A program made the translations under genes and the position numbers. A stretch of DNA of 64,000 bases, from assembly GCA_050246755.1 (NCBI GenBank), contig JBFWVL010000001.1:1198486-1262485 (forward strand). Reading direction: 5' to 3'. Below, piece after piece: positions 1 to 8,845 of the stretch. The notes under the pieces were generated by a model, which did no database searches, had not been told where the DNA came from, and worked only from the letters and a program-made list of their open reading frames with translations. Within the stretch, counting starts at the first letter, position 1, and the number at the start of each line of letters is the position of its first letter. Source of the DNA: Bacteriovoracia bacterium. GTDB lineage: Bacteria; Bdellovibrionota; UBA1018; CAIPTA01.

Positions 1-351
1 ATAACCCGAGGCACTTTTGGGATTTAAGGTTCTCTCCCAAGAATCCCAAAAATGTTGCGCCGTAAGGGGCACTCCGTCGCTCCATTTCAACCCGGGCTTC
101 AAGGTATAGGTATAGGTTTTTCCGTCTTTGGAAATTTTCCAGGTGGCGAGGCTCGGAACGGGCTCAAGCTTTTCATTGTATTCCGCAAGGCCTTCGATGA
201 GATGATAGAGAATTCCGATAGACACGAAGTCCGTAGCCAGATTCCAGTCCAAGGTGGGCGGTTCCGTCTCCACGCGTAGACTGAATTCTTGCTTTGCCGC
301 CTGAACGGGCAACACAAAAACGAAGGCGAGTGTTAAAAGTAAATATTTCAT
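1..351 (-). CDS. ABC transporter substrate-binding protein, family 5 (OppA/DppA-like); N-terminal part only, gene runs off the window start
   Basis: Open minus-strand frame from ATG (351..349) to the window edge, absent from the ORF track because it has no in-window stop. My translation MKYLLLTLAFVFVLPVQAAKQEFSLRVETEPPTLDWNLATDF...KTYTYTLKPGLKWSDGVPLTAQHF shows a signal peptide and the LKPGLKWSDG..P.TA motif typical of SBP_bac_5. Confidence 0.7.
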   Translation of the reverse strand, partial: MKYLLLTLAFVFVLPVQAAKQEFSLRVETEPPTLDWNLATDFVSIGILYHLIEGLAEYNEKLEPVPSLATWKISKDGKTYTYTLKPGLKWSDGVPLTAQHFWDSWERTLNPKSASGY

Positions 352-809
352 AAGAAATCTCTCTTGAATGGTGGACTCACTTAGGCGAGTTTTGAGCCGG
401 CGTTCCCCATTAACATAGCGCAATTTCTAGGAAAAAATTAGCTGGCGGGAAAAAATTGCACTCCGCCCTTGGTTATGGCCCGCCCGCACACCCAAAGCGG
501 TCGTCCCCATCGGACGGAAATACTTTTGAACATTCGAGCAATGATAGGCGACCGGAGGCCGATTTTTTCTCCAGATGTTTTAGAAAAATTCATCGACTAC
601 TCTTCCATAGCGAAAAATGGTGATGAAAGCCGGCTTGCGGTCAAATGCCGCCATTGTCCTTTTCCTCGACTAATCATGTAAACATTTCTCAACGCTCTCT
701 TGTCGAAATAAATATATTAATAAATATATTTCATGATTAGATTAGTAAAAAATACCAGCCGTCAAACTTGCGATTGGCACAGCTATTTTTTGGCATTGGA
801 GCGGGGGTT

Positions 810-2234
810 ATGAAACCAAAGGAAAAGTTCGCTCTCGGCACAGAACAGGCCTTCCGCGTTTTTTTGGACGCCGCCCCAGACGCCATCGTAGTAGTAGACG
901 ATGGTGGCCATATAGTGATGGCTAATAAATTGGCGGAAGTGATGTTCGCTTACTCTAAGGAAGATCTGCTAGGCCAACGGGTAGAGATGCTTCTTCCAGA
1001 GAAATCGCGCACCGTTCATATTAGCCATAGGACTGGTTATTTTCGTGACCCTAAAGTTCGTCCCATGGGAGAGGGGAGGGAACTCTCGGGGCGACGAAGA
1101 GATGGAACCGAGTTTCCTATCGAAATTTCTCTAAGTCCACTCCATACGGAGCAGGGCATTCTAGCTATCAGCATTATCCGCGATATCGCCCAGAGAAAGC
1201 AGCTGGAGGCTAAATTTCGCGGCCTCTTAGAATCCGCTCCAGATGGCATTGTGGTGGTGAATACTTCTGGTCACATTGTCATCGTCAATAGCCAAGTGGA
1301 AAAACTTTTTGGCTATGCAAGGGATGAGCTTGTTGGTCAACCCATCGAGATCCTAGTGCCCTCACAATTTAAAGATGGGCACATTAAGCTCCGAGATGGC
1401 TACATTCGTCACCCCAAAACCCGGCCCATGGGGGCTGGACGCGCACTTACAGGCCGAAAAAAAGATGGAACAGAATTTCCGGTGGAGATTTCCCTGAGCC
1501 CCCTAGAAACGGAGCAGGGAACTCTTGTCACAAGTATCGTCCGCGACATTACCGATCGAAGGCACGCAGAGGAACAGCTACAAGCCTCCTTACGAGAAAA
1601 GGAGGCCCTTCTTAAAGAAATCCACCATCGGGTAAAAAATAATCTCCAAGTAACTTCGAGCCTCCTTCGGCTTCAGTCCGATTACATCCAAGATCCAGGT
1701 GCACGCGAGATGTTCGCGGAAAGCCAAAACCGCATTCGCTCGATGGCTTTGGTGCATGAAAAGCTATATAGATCGAGCGATTTATCGCGGATTAATTTCT
1801 CCGAATACGTCGACAGCCTTGCCGGACTTCTCTTTCGTTCGTTTGGGGTAAATCCAAGCCAAATTCAATTCCAACTTACGCAAAGCTCTATTTTTCTCAG
1901 CGTAGAAACAGCCGTCCCTTGCGGTCTGATTATCAACGAGCTTCTTTCCAATTGCTTCAAGCACGCTTTTAAGAAAGGGCAACAAGGCGAGATCCGCGTA
2001 GAAACCAGCCTGGAGGGCGAGCACAAAGTGAAGTTTACGGTATCTGATAATGGGGTTGGATTGCCCAGTGGTTTTGATTTCGAAAAAATGGACACCCTCG
2101 GGCTACAGCTCGTGCGCACCCTGGTGAAGCAGCTCGATGGAGCCATCGAAATTCACGGTGACAAAGGTGCGGCCTTTACGGTGATTTTTTCTAAGGAAAG
2201 AGAACATGACGATGCAAGAAAGCAATCTAATTAA
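810..2234 (+). CDS. PAS-PAS sensor histidine kinase (HisKA_2-type H-box EIHHRVKNNLQ, C-terminal HATPase)
   Basis: ORF 768..2234; two repeated PAS-like blocks (...DGTEFPIEISLSPL... twice) followed by HHRVKNNLQVTSSLLRLQ and an ATPase region (DNGVGLP). Start placed at ATG 810, preceded by GGAG at 798..801; ATG 768 is the alternative. Confidence 0.8.
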   Translation: MKPKEKFALGTEQAFRVFLDAAPDAIVVVDDGGHIVMANKLAEVMFAYSKEDLLGQRVEMLLPEKSRTVHISHRTGYFRDPKVRPMGEGRELSGRRRDGTEFPIEISLSPLHTEQGILAISIIRDIAQRKQLEAKFRGLLESAPDGIVVVNTSGHIVIVNSQVEKLFGYARDELVGQPIEILVPSQFKDGHIKLRDGYIRHPKTRPMGAGRALTGRKKDGTEFPVEISLSPLETEQGTLVTSIVRDITDRRHAEEQLQASLREKEALLKEIHHRVKNNLQVTSSLLRLQSDYIQDPGAREMFAESQNRIRSMALVHEKLYRSSDLSRINFSEYVDSLAGLLFRSFGVNPSQIQFQLTQSSIFLSVETAVPCGLIINELLSNCFKHAFKKGQQGEIRVETSLEGEHKVKFTVSDNGVGLPSGFDFEKMDTLGLQLVRTLVKQLDGAIEIHGDKGAAFTVIFSKEREHDDARKQSN

Positions 2235-4119
2235 AATCCTTGTGGTAGAGGACGAGAGCATTGTGGCTCTTGACATTGAGCGTGGACTTAAAAGAATCGG
2301 TTACGATATTGCCGGTGTGGCTGATAACGGTTGCGATGCCATTCGTCTAGTGACGGAGAAGAGCCCACAGTTAGTCCTCATGGATATTCAGCTTAAGGGC
2401 GACATAGACGGAATCGAAACCGCGCAAAAAATTCACAGCCAATTTAATATTCCCGTCATTTTTCTTACGGCTTACGCTGATGAGCCCACCTTGCAAAGAG
2501 CCAAACTCACGGAACCTTTTGGCTATCTCTTAAAGCCGTTCGAGGAAACGGAACTGCGCACCGCGATTGAAGTGGCTCTCCACAAGCATAGTTCCGTAGA
2601 GATCCATAGGGAGAGGGCTGCGACCGCCTTGAAATTAAGTGAAGAGACTTTTCGCATTTTCGTGGAGTCCGTTCAAGATTATGGAATTTTCATGATGGAT
2701 CCTCTCGGTATGGTCATGAGCTGGAATATCGGCTCTCATCGAATCAAAGGCTACGAGGCACACGAGGTGATCGGAAAGCATTTTTCGATTTTTTATTCAG
2801 AAGAGGACATCGCCAACCGCAGGCCGGAGAAGGAACTCGCCATTGCCGAAAAAGAGGGAAGATATGAAGAAGAGTCATGGCGGGTGAGAAAAGATGGCAC
2901 TCGGTTCTGGACCAGAGTCACGATCACCGCCATTCGCGATAAGGAAGGCGCACTTCTCGCTTTCGGCAAAGTCACGCGAGATCTGACGCTGAAAAAGAAA
3001 GCGGAAGACGATTTACGAGAAAGCGAGGAGCGTAAGTCCGCTACGCTGGAGGCGGCTCTGGATTGCGTAGTAACGTTGGATAGCCAGGGAAAAATCTTAG
3101 AGGTTAACCAGGCAGCCGAAAAAACCTTCGGGTGGAAAAGAGAGCAGGTAATTGGCCGGGAAATGGCCAATATCATCATTCCAGAAAAACTTCGCGAAGC
3201 CCACCGCGCGGGACTAAAGCATTTTTTAGCCACGGGGATCGGGCCGGCTTTGCGACAACGGATTGAACTTTCCGCACTTCGCTCTGACGGTAGCGAGTTT
3301 CCAATTGAACTCTCTATTCTTGATCTTAATGTAAACGGCAAAGTGCTTTTTACCGGCTTTCTCCGCGACATCACAACCCAAAAGAAGGCAGAGGAAATTC
3401 TAAAAAATTCGATCAAAGCAAGAGACGAATTTCTCACCATTGCGTCCCATGAGCTTAAAACACCCCTGACCGCTCTAAAGCTTCAACTTCAGCTAAGCCA
3501 AATGCAGCTAAAGAAGCGTACAAAAACCACAGGAAAAAAGCGCACCCGGCCAGTAACTTTAGAGCGTTCATTGTCCCTCTCCATTAAGCAGGTAGATTCC
3601 CTAACCGGTCTCGTGGAAGAACTTCTTGATGTGGGAATGATTCAGACAGGACGACTTTCTTTGCATCTCGGGGAGATGAAACTATCGGATTTAGTACGAG
3701 AAGTGGTGAGTCTATTTTCGCCTAAACTCGCGATGATAAAATGCTCCCCAGAAACTGAGCTTGAAGACGGGATTGTCGGGAATTGGGATGCACATCGCAT
3801 AGAACAGGTATTGGTAAATTTGATTGGAAACATCATAAAATATGCTCCTGGCTCGAGAGTGAAAATCTCTACGAAGCGGGAAAACGACAAAGTCGTACTT
3901 ATGGTGGAGGATGATGGTCCGGGGATTCCGGAAGAAAAACAAAAGCAAATTTTTGAGCGATTTGAAAGAGCGACTTCTGCCAACTACGTTAGTGGCCTTG
4001 GTCTTGGCCTCTTCGTGGTGAAGCATATTGTCGAATCCCATCACGGGACAGTTCAGTTGCATAGTTCCTTGGGGCGTGGATCGCGATTTACGATCTCTCT
4101 TCCAGAAAAGGTAACTTAG
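2206..4119 (+). CDS. Hybrid response-regulator/sensor histidine kinase (N-terminal REC, PAS domains, HisKA, HATPase_c)
   Basis: N-terminus KILVVEDESIVALDIE...LVLMDIQLKGDIDG is a receiver domain; PAS-like segments; H-box IASHELKTPLTALK; G-boxes DDGPGIP and GLGLGLFVVKHIVESHHG. Overlaps the upstream kinase by 29 nt. Confidence 0.85.
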   Translation: MTMQESNLIKILVVEDESIVALDIERGLKRIGYDIAGVADNGCDAIRLVTEKSPQLVLMDIQLKGDIDGIETAQKIHSQFNIPVIFLTAYADEPTLQRAKLTEPFGYLLKPFEETELRTAIEVALHKHSSVEIHRERAATALKLSEETFRIFVESVQDYGIFMMDPLGMVMSWNIGSHRIKGYEAHEVIGKHFSIFYSEEDIANRRPEKELAIAEKEGRYEEESWRVRKDGTRFWTRVTITAIRDKEGALLAFGKVTRDLTLKKKAEDDLRESEERKSATLEAALDCVVTLDSQGKILEVNQAAEKTFGWKREQVIGREMANIIIPEKLREAHRAGLKHFLATGIGPALRQRIELSALRSDGSEFPIELSILDLNVNGKVLFTGFLRDITTQKKAEEILKNSIKARDEFLTIASHELKTPLTALKLQLQLSQMQLKKRTKTTGKKRTRPVTLERSLSLSIKQVDSLTGLVEELLDVGMIQTGRLSLHLGEMKLSDLVREVVSLFSPKLAMIKCSPETELEDGIVGNWDAHRIEQVLVNLIGNIIKYAPGSRVKISTKRENDKVVLMVEDDGPGIPEEKQKQIFERFERATSANYVSGLGLGLFVVKHIVESHHGTVQLHSSLGRGSRFTISLPEKVT

Positions 4120-4317
4120 CTCCGTTTTAAGCGTTTCGTTTCACGTCCGCTGCTCTTTGGAACGATAGCAACCGTATACCGATTTTTTCCTCCAGACGCT
4201 TACGAAACCTAGTTCAGCCTCAAAGTGGTGGACTCAACTGGACGAATTTCGAACTACGTACATCGAGTACGACGCCTAGATAAGTCCTTCTAATCTGAGA
4301 TTAATCCAGTTCGAGTG

Positions 4318-4346
4318 GGAACAAAAGTTGTGTTCCCGAGATTTTT
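4318..4346 (+). terminator. Candidate rho-independent terminator (GGGAACA-loop-TGTTCCC followed by GAGATTTTTCT)
   Basis: 7-bp perfect stem with 7-nt loop then a T-rich tract, in the convergent intergenic region between 4119 and 4357. Confidence 0.35.
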
Positions 4347-4356
4347 CTAGTGTTCC

Positions 4357-5388
4357 CTAAAATGACGACTCGAGAAATGAGAAGCGAGCTATTTTACCAG
4401 TAGCATCTAAACGACAGCGAACCTCTTGGGGAACCGTGATCATGGGAACAGTATGCCCACAGTCAAAATCGTAAATAATCGGATAATTCCGATTTCCAAT
4501 AACCTCAACGATCAAATCTCTGAGGTTATTGGATGATCCATCTTGGCTATAAACCTCTGGTCGGCTGAAGATCAAGCCCGCGATCGAATCGAAAGCCCCC
4601 ATCAGCTGAAGCTGGCGCAAGCCACGTTCCTCTTTCATCAAAGGGGCATCCATTTCTTCTAGAAGTAAGATTTTCCCTTTCAGGTCTGGCCAATAAGGGG
4701 TGCCGGCTGCACTCAAAAAGGTATTAAGATTTACAGCCACAATGGGAGCTTCCACCAATCCTGGTTGAATCACCTGCCAGCCATCATTCTCAATCCACTC
4801 TCTCGGTAAATTTTTCCAATCGTCATTTGTCCAGCTACGTTTGTGATTACTCCAACGAGAAGGCCGAACAATTTCTCGCTGCTTCGGACCATTTTCCATT
4901 ACAGCATCCAGAAACCACTTTGAGCTTTCCTCAATTCCATTTGGCCATTCCCCAAACCAGCACATCACTGTGGGGCCGTAAAATGTCCTCAGACGAGAAA
5001 ATTTCAATATAGATAGATGGAGCGAAGTCACATCCGAGTAGCCACAAATAACTTTGCGACTTTCACGTATCTCGTCAAAGTCTAGAAACGGAATCATACT
5101 GTTGGAGTTGTAGCCGCCGATAGTGGCCATCAGCGCATTCACTTGCGGATTTCGGATTAATGACATGAACTCGTCAGCACGCTCAGCGCCCGCTCCAGAA
5201 CGGTATCCATCCGCTGATCTTTTCTCGGTTAATTTCCCAAGCCTAATCTTGAATCCGAGCTTTTGAAGAGAGGAAAGACCATTTTCAAAAAGAGCATTGT
5301 TGAATTTATAGCCAGGAGAAGAAGGCGTGAAGACACCTATGGTGTCGCCGGCTCGCAATGGCCTTGGGGTAACAAGTGGTTTTTCCAT
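4357..5388 (-). CDS. S66 family LD-carboxypeptidase (LdcA/MccF-like)
   Basis: 343 aa; N-terminal GDTIGVFTPSSPG, mid GYSDVTSLH, C-terminal DFDCGHTVP: the nucleophile-elbow and catalytic-triad context of peptidase family S66. Confidence 0.75.
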   Translation of the reverse strand: MEKPLVTPRPLRAGDTIGVFTPSSPGYKFNNALFENGLSSLQKLGFKIRLGKLTEKRSADGYRSGAGAERADEFMSLIRNPQVNALMATIGGYNSNSMIPFLDFDEIRESRKVICGYSDVTSLHLSILKFSRLRTFYGPTVMCWFGEWPNGIEESSKWFLDAVMENGPKQREIVRPSRWSNHKRSWTNDDWKNLPREWIENDGWQVIQPGLVEAPIVAVNLNTFLSAAGTPYWPDLKGKILLLEEMDAPLMKEERGLRQLQLMGAFDSIAGLIFSRPEVYSQDGSSNNLRDLIVEVIGNRNYPIIYDFDCGHTVPMITVPQEVRCRLDATGKIARFSFLESSF

Positions 5389-5531
5389 GACTCAGTTTTC
5401 CCATCAGAAAGCTTGAATCCAAATCACATAATCAATACTTCGAAGTTCTAGTCCGGCTGAGTGTCGTCGCCCAGTCTGGCTTAATTTCGAATAGAAACTT
5501 CCGTAAAAAAACTCTCCAACCAGAATTCCGC

Positions 5532-5571
5532 ACTGAATACAGTATACTGCATACGGTATTCTGTATTCAGT
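5532..5571. repeat. 11-bp perfect inverted repeat (ACTGAATACAG / CTGTATTCAGT) with 18-nt spacer, 6 nt beyond the tRNA 3' end
   Basis: Read directly: 5532..5542 is the reverse complement of 5561..5571. Confidence 0.6.
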
Positions 5572-5577
5572 CTAGGA

Positions 5578-5654
5578 TGGTGGGCCCACCCGGACTTGAA
5601 CCGGGGACCAGAAGATTATGAGTCTCCTGCTCTAACCAACTGAGCTATAGGCCC
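5578..5654 (-). tRNA. tRNA with CAU anticodon (elongator Met or lysidine-modified Ile2), 77 nt with encoded CCA
   Basis: Minus-strand sequence GGGCCTATAGCTCAGTTGGTTAGAGCAGGAGACTCATAATCTTCTGGTCCCCGGTTCAAGTCCGGGTGGGCCCACCA: 7-bp acceptor stem, D-loop AGCTCAGTTGGTTAGAGC, anticodon loop CTCATAA, T-loop GGTTCAAGTCC. Closely resembles E. coli tRNA-Ile2/Met-type sequences. Confidence 0.9.
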
Positions 5655-5818
5655 TTTGAGAACCCTCGGATCATACGAAACCCAGGGCTCCAAGCAAACC
5701 TCTTTCTCGACGGAAAGCTTCGGAATAATGCGAGGCGCAAACTTCGGGTGGGTTTTTCCCGTTTTCTCGACGAAGTGTTTTTGTCTGCCTAGTATTGCCC
5801 CGTATAATTTGGGCAGAA

Positions 5819-7279
5819 ATGTCGGCTCTTTTATCCCTATTTATCTTTGCTCTCCTCTCTGCTGCCGCCTTTGCGGAGGAAGAATGCACCGACTATACGA
5901 TCCAAACCCAAAAGCAGACCCTCGGCCAGGTGGCACGAGAGGTATACGGCAAATCGCGGGAGTGGAAGAAGATCGCGGCCTGGAACAAAATTACGCCACC
6001 CTATCGCGTAAAAAAAGGCCAAGTGATCAAGCTCTGCGAAGCGCCGAAGCCCAAAAAGGCGAGCCAACTAGCCACCTCGCTTCCCTCCGATACGAAAGTA
6101 TCGAAAGGCAAGAAAATCGTGGCGGCTCCTCCGCCAAAAATCGCGGAGCCCGTGGAACTCGATGGCAGCTACCTGATGCCCGTTACCCAGGAAGTGATCG
6201 AGAAAGACGAAGAAACCATCTACGTGGTGAATGAGCGGGCGCCTTCCCTATCGATGATTGCGCTGGAACTGTATGGCGACGCGAAGCTCGGCAACGAAAT
6301 TGCTAAATGGAACCATCTTAGAAAGCCCTACAAGCTCGCGCTCGGCCAAAAACTCCGACTGAAACGCAAACCCACCAAAGACCCTAAAAAGGCCGATGAG
6401 TCTCTCGTGAACGCCTGGGAATCTTTGGGTAATGATTGGATGGCCGAACGGATCAAGAAGAGTGCAAGCAAGGTGGACGCCCCACCGGTGCCCGCCGATC
6501 TCGAACCCGAAGCCTTGCCGGTGGAAAAGTCTGCGGTAGTGGAAATAAAAACTCCTCGCGCCGATGCTCCCCTATTCGAGGCACCTACCGCCGTGATGGT
6601 CGAGGGCGAACATGAAACGCGCTGGACCACTTCCGGCGGGCCGACGTTTCAATTTTTTCGTATTAACGGCAGAGACAAAGCAACCGGCGCGGATGCTTTT
6701 CTTCTCTCAAAACTTAGCCCGGGCCTCGAAATAAATGTGGGGGCTCTCGTTCACCCAAGCGTCCGCGCACTGTTTCGTATCTCAGGCTACCGCTCTTCTC
6801 TTTATCCCAATACCGCGAGCACGGCCGTTATTGAAAACTCCCGGCAGACCGCGCTGCGTTTTGGCCTCGGCGCCGAGAAATTGTTTGGCGCACATACCTC
6901 GGTGGGCGCCCTGCTAAATTTTTCCGACGAGCTGTACGTGCGCGGCATCAGTGGGTTGAGCGGAGTGATGATGGATTCGGTAAAAGTATTTCGTACCGAT
7001 CTACATGGCCAATATGAACTTTTCCGCTATCGCGGCGGCCTCATGCGCGCAATGGCCGGGCTTGGTTTACTTTTTCCTGCTACCACTACTTTTTACCAAA
7101 CTCGAGCTGGATTAGCGGCCGGACTGGGCCTCGGTGCGGTTACGGAATTAGGCCGCGAGTGGAAGTTGGCATCCGACATCGAGTACCGCGTTCAAAGCCA
7201 AAGCACCTCGGTGCTAACTGCCAGCCGCAAGGATTTTATTTTAGGTTTTCAATTCGAATGGAAAGGCGATCCGCTATGA
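5819..7279 (+). CDS. Secreted protein with two LysM-like repeats and a C-terminal beta-strand-rich (possible outer-membrane barrel) domain
   Basis: ORF 5795..7279; start taken at ATG 5819 giving signal peptide MSALLSLFIFALLSAAAFA. Two ~45-aa LysM-like blocks (YTIQTQKQTLGQVAREVYG...WNKITPPYRVKKGQVIKL and YVVNERAPSLSMIALELYGD...WNHLRKPYKLALGQKLRL). C-terminal half has alternating hydrophobic/polar pattern. Confidence 0.6.
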   Translation: MSALLSLFIFALLSAAAFAEEECTDYTIQTQKQTLGQVAREVYGKSREWKKIAAWNKITPPYRVKKGQVIKLCEAPKPKKASQLATSLPSDTKVSKGKKIVAAPPPKIAEPVELDGSYLMPVTQEVIEKDEETIYVVNERAPSLSMIALELYGDAKLGNEIAKWNHLRKPYKLALGQKLRLKRKPTKDPKKADESLVNAWESLGNDWMAERIKKSASKVDAPPVPADLEPEALPVEKSAVVEIKTPRADAPLFEAPTAVMVEGEHETRWTTSGGPTFQFFRINGRDKATGADAFLLSKLSPGLEINVGALVHPSVRALFRISGYRSSLYPNTASTAVIENSRQTALRFGLGAEKLFGAHTSVGALLNFSDELYVRGISGLSGVMMDSVKVFRTDLHGQYELFRYRGGLMRAMAGLGLLFPATTTFYQTRAGLAAGLGLGAVTELGREWKLASDIEYRVQSQSTSVLTASRKDFILGFQFEWKGDPL

Positions 7280-8835
7280 AATTAAAAAAGTACTCGCGGC
7301 TCGCTCTTTTATTGTCGTTGTTTTTGGTGGCCTGCAATCCGCTGGGCGATAGCGATTCTAGCAAAATACCGCTGGATTTTCATCCGGGCGCTAGCGTTCC
7401 CGCTACTCCGGATACCATTTCACCTTCCGTGAGCTTTTCGAATGGCACGGGTAGTAGCATCCCCGCTTCCGTTACCCTAACCTTCAGTGAAGGAGTCTAT
7501 GGGCTAAGCACAGGTGCCGTATCCCTCTCCACTTCCACGCTCTGCGCGGCCACGATTAGTTCCGTGACCTTCAACGCCGGAGCTTCCACTGCCACCGTAA
7601 ACCTCGGCGGAACCTTGAATCGCCTCGGAGATATTTGCACGCTCACGATTGATTCCAGCCAGGTGAAGGATGCCGCGAATAACTTTCTCACCGGAACGGC
7701 GGCCAAAATCCTTTCGGTTGATACCGTAACCGCGGCCAATCAGCAGGTGAATGTATACGCGTCCGTCACAAACGCGACTCTATCCGCGGGCGCGACCGCG
7801 ATCGACCTCAATAGCGCAACCGGATTCTACGTAGGCGACAAAGCACTCGTGATTCAGATGCAGAATAGCGTGACGCCCGCCCTCGCCGGCACCTACGAGA
7901 TCGTGCAAATTTCGGGAATCGCCGGAAATCAAATCACTCTTTCCGCTGGACTAGCGAATGCCTACGTTTCCAATACATTTGGAACCACTGCCTCGAAGGC
8001 AGCTCAAGTTTTGCGTTTGCCTCGCTTTACCAATTTTAATATCGCTTCTGGAGGATCGGTAGTAGCTCCGGCCTGGGATGGTAGTACGGGAGGGATCGTG
8101 GCCGTGAATGCCAGCGGCTCCATTACCATCGCTGGATCTATTGACGTGGCCGCCAAAGGATTTCGGGGCGGCACTACCACTGCCAACCTTGCCTGCGGGG
8201 CGATGCCTTCCGTGTCTGCAACGGCAGGAGAATCGGTAGCCGGTATCGGTTCAGCAACTACCGCCACAAACCAATCCGGTGGGGGAGCAGGAAATTCCGG
8301 ACAGTGCAGCTTTGGTGGATACATCGGCGCCGCCGGGGGGGGCGGAGGTGGCTATGGCGCGGCCGGAGAAGACCGCTCGGCGTATACTTCGGGAGCTACA
8401 GTGGTTCAGGGTACGGGCGGCCCGGTAACCGGCGTGGCCACATTAGCGCGAATCTTACTCGGATCGGGCGGCGGGGCCGGAGGGTCCCATGACGCAGGCG
8501 TGGCGGGAGCCGGAGGAATTGGTGGTGGCGCCGCAATTCTTTTCGCAAATTCCATCTCCGTCACTGGCTCTATCGCCGCCACCGGAGCCGCAGGAACTGG
8601 CTGCACCAGCCCCGATGGGTCGGGCGGCGGCGGCGCGGGTGGAAGTATTTATTTGAACGCCACGAATGCTGTCACGGTGGGAACAAACCTCGTGACCGCC
8701 CTGGGCGGCGCACGCGGACTCTGCACCGACGCACAACCTAATCCCGACTACCGTACCGGTGGAGCCGGAGGGGAAGGAAGAATCAAAGTAGTAGGTGGTT
8801 CGGTCAACGGAACAACTAATCCCATCTCGCCCTAA
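7276..8835 (+). CDS. Lipoprotein with Ig-like N-terminal region and glycine-rich repeat domain (adhesin-like)
   Basis: ORF 7159..8835; start taken at ATG 7276 (ATGA overlap with upstream stop) giving MKLKKYSRLALLLSLFLVAC lipoprotein signal. Followed by S/T-rich segment and long GGxGG/GAGG-rich repeats. Confidence 0.6.
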   Translation: MKLKKYSRLALLLSLFLVACNPLGDSDSSKIPLDFHPGASVPATPDTISPSVSFSNGTGSSIPASVTLTFSEGVYGLSTGAVSLSTSTLCAATISSVTFNAGASTATVNLGGTLNRLGDICTLTIDSSQVKDAANNFLTGTAAKILSVDTVTAANQQVNVYASVTNATLSAGATAIDLNSATGFYVGDKALVIQMQNSVTPALAGTYEIVQISGIAGNQITLSAGLANAYVSNTFGTTASKAAQVLRLPRFTNFNIASGGSVVAPAWDGSTGGIVAVNASGSITIAGSIDVAAKGFRGGTTTANLACGAMPSVSATAGESVAGIGSATTATNQSGGGAGNSGQCSFGGYIGAAGGGGGGYGAAGEDRSAYTSGATVVQGTGGPVTGVATLARILLGSGGGAGGSHDAGVAGAGGIGGGAAILFANSISVTGSIAATGAAGTGCTSPDGSGGGGAGGSIYLNATNAVTVGTNLVTALGGARGLCTDAQPNPDYRTGGAGGEGRIKVVGGSVNGTTNPISP

Positions 8836-8845
8836 TCATAGTAAT

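Noticed and set aside
469-681. 70-aa ORF in the long intergenic region
   Set aside because: No RBS, no motifs, composition unlike neighboring genes.
2793-3440. 215-aa minus-strand ORF inside the hybrid kinase gene
   Set aside because: Antisense to a well-supported CDS; Ser/Arg-rich low-complexity translation typical of spurious ORFs in GC-rich DNA.
4120-5794. Genomic island inserted at the tRNA gene
   Set aside because: No integrase, transposase or direct repeat of the tRNA 3' end is visible in the window; flanking genes look like ordinary chromosomal genes.
5656-6234. 192-aa plus-strand ORF starting next to the tRNA
   Set aside because: Overlaps the promoter region and the 5' part of the LysM gene in another frame; Arg/Gly-rich.
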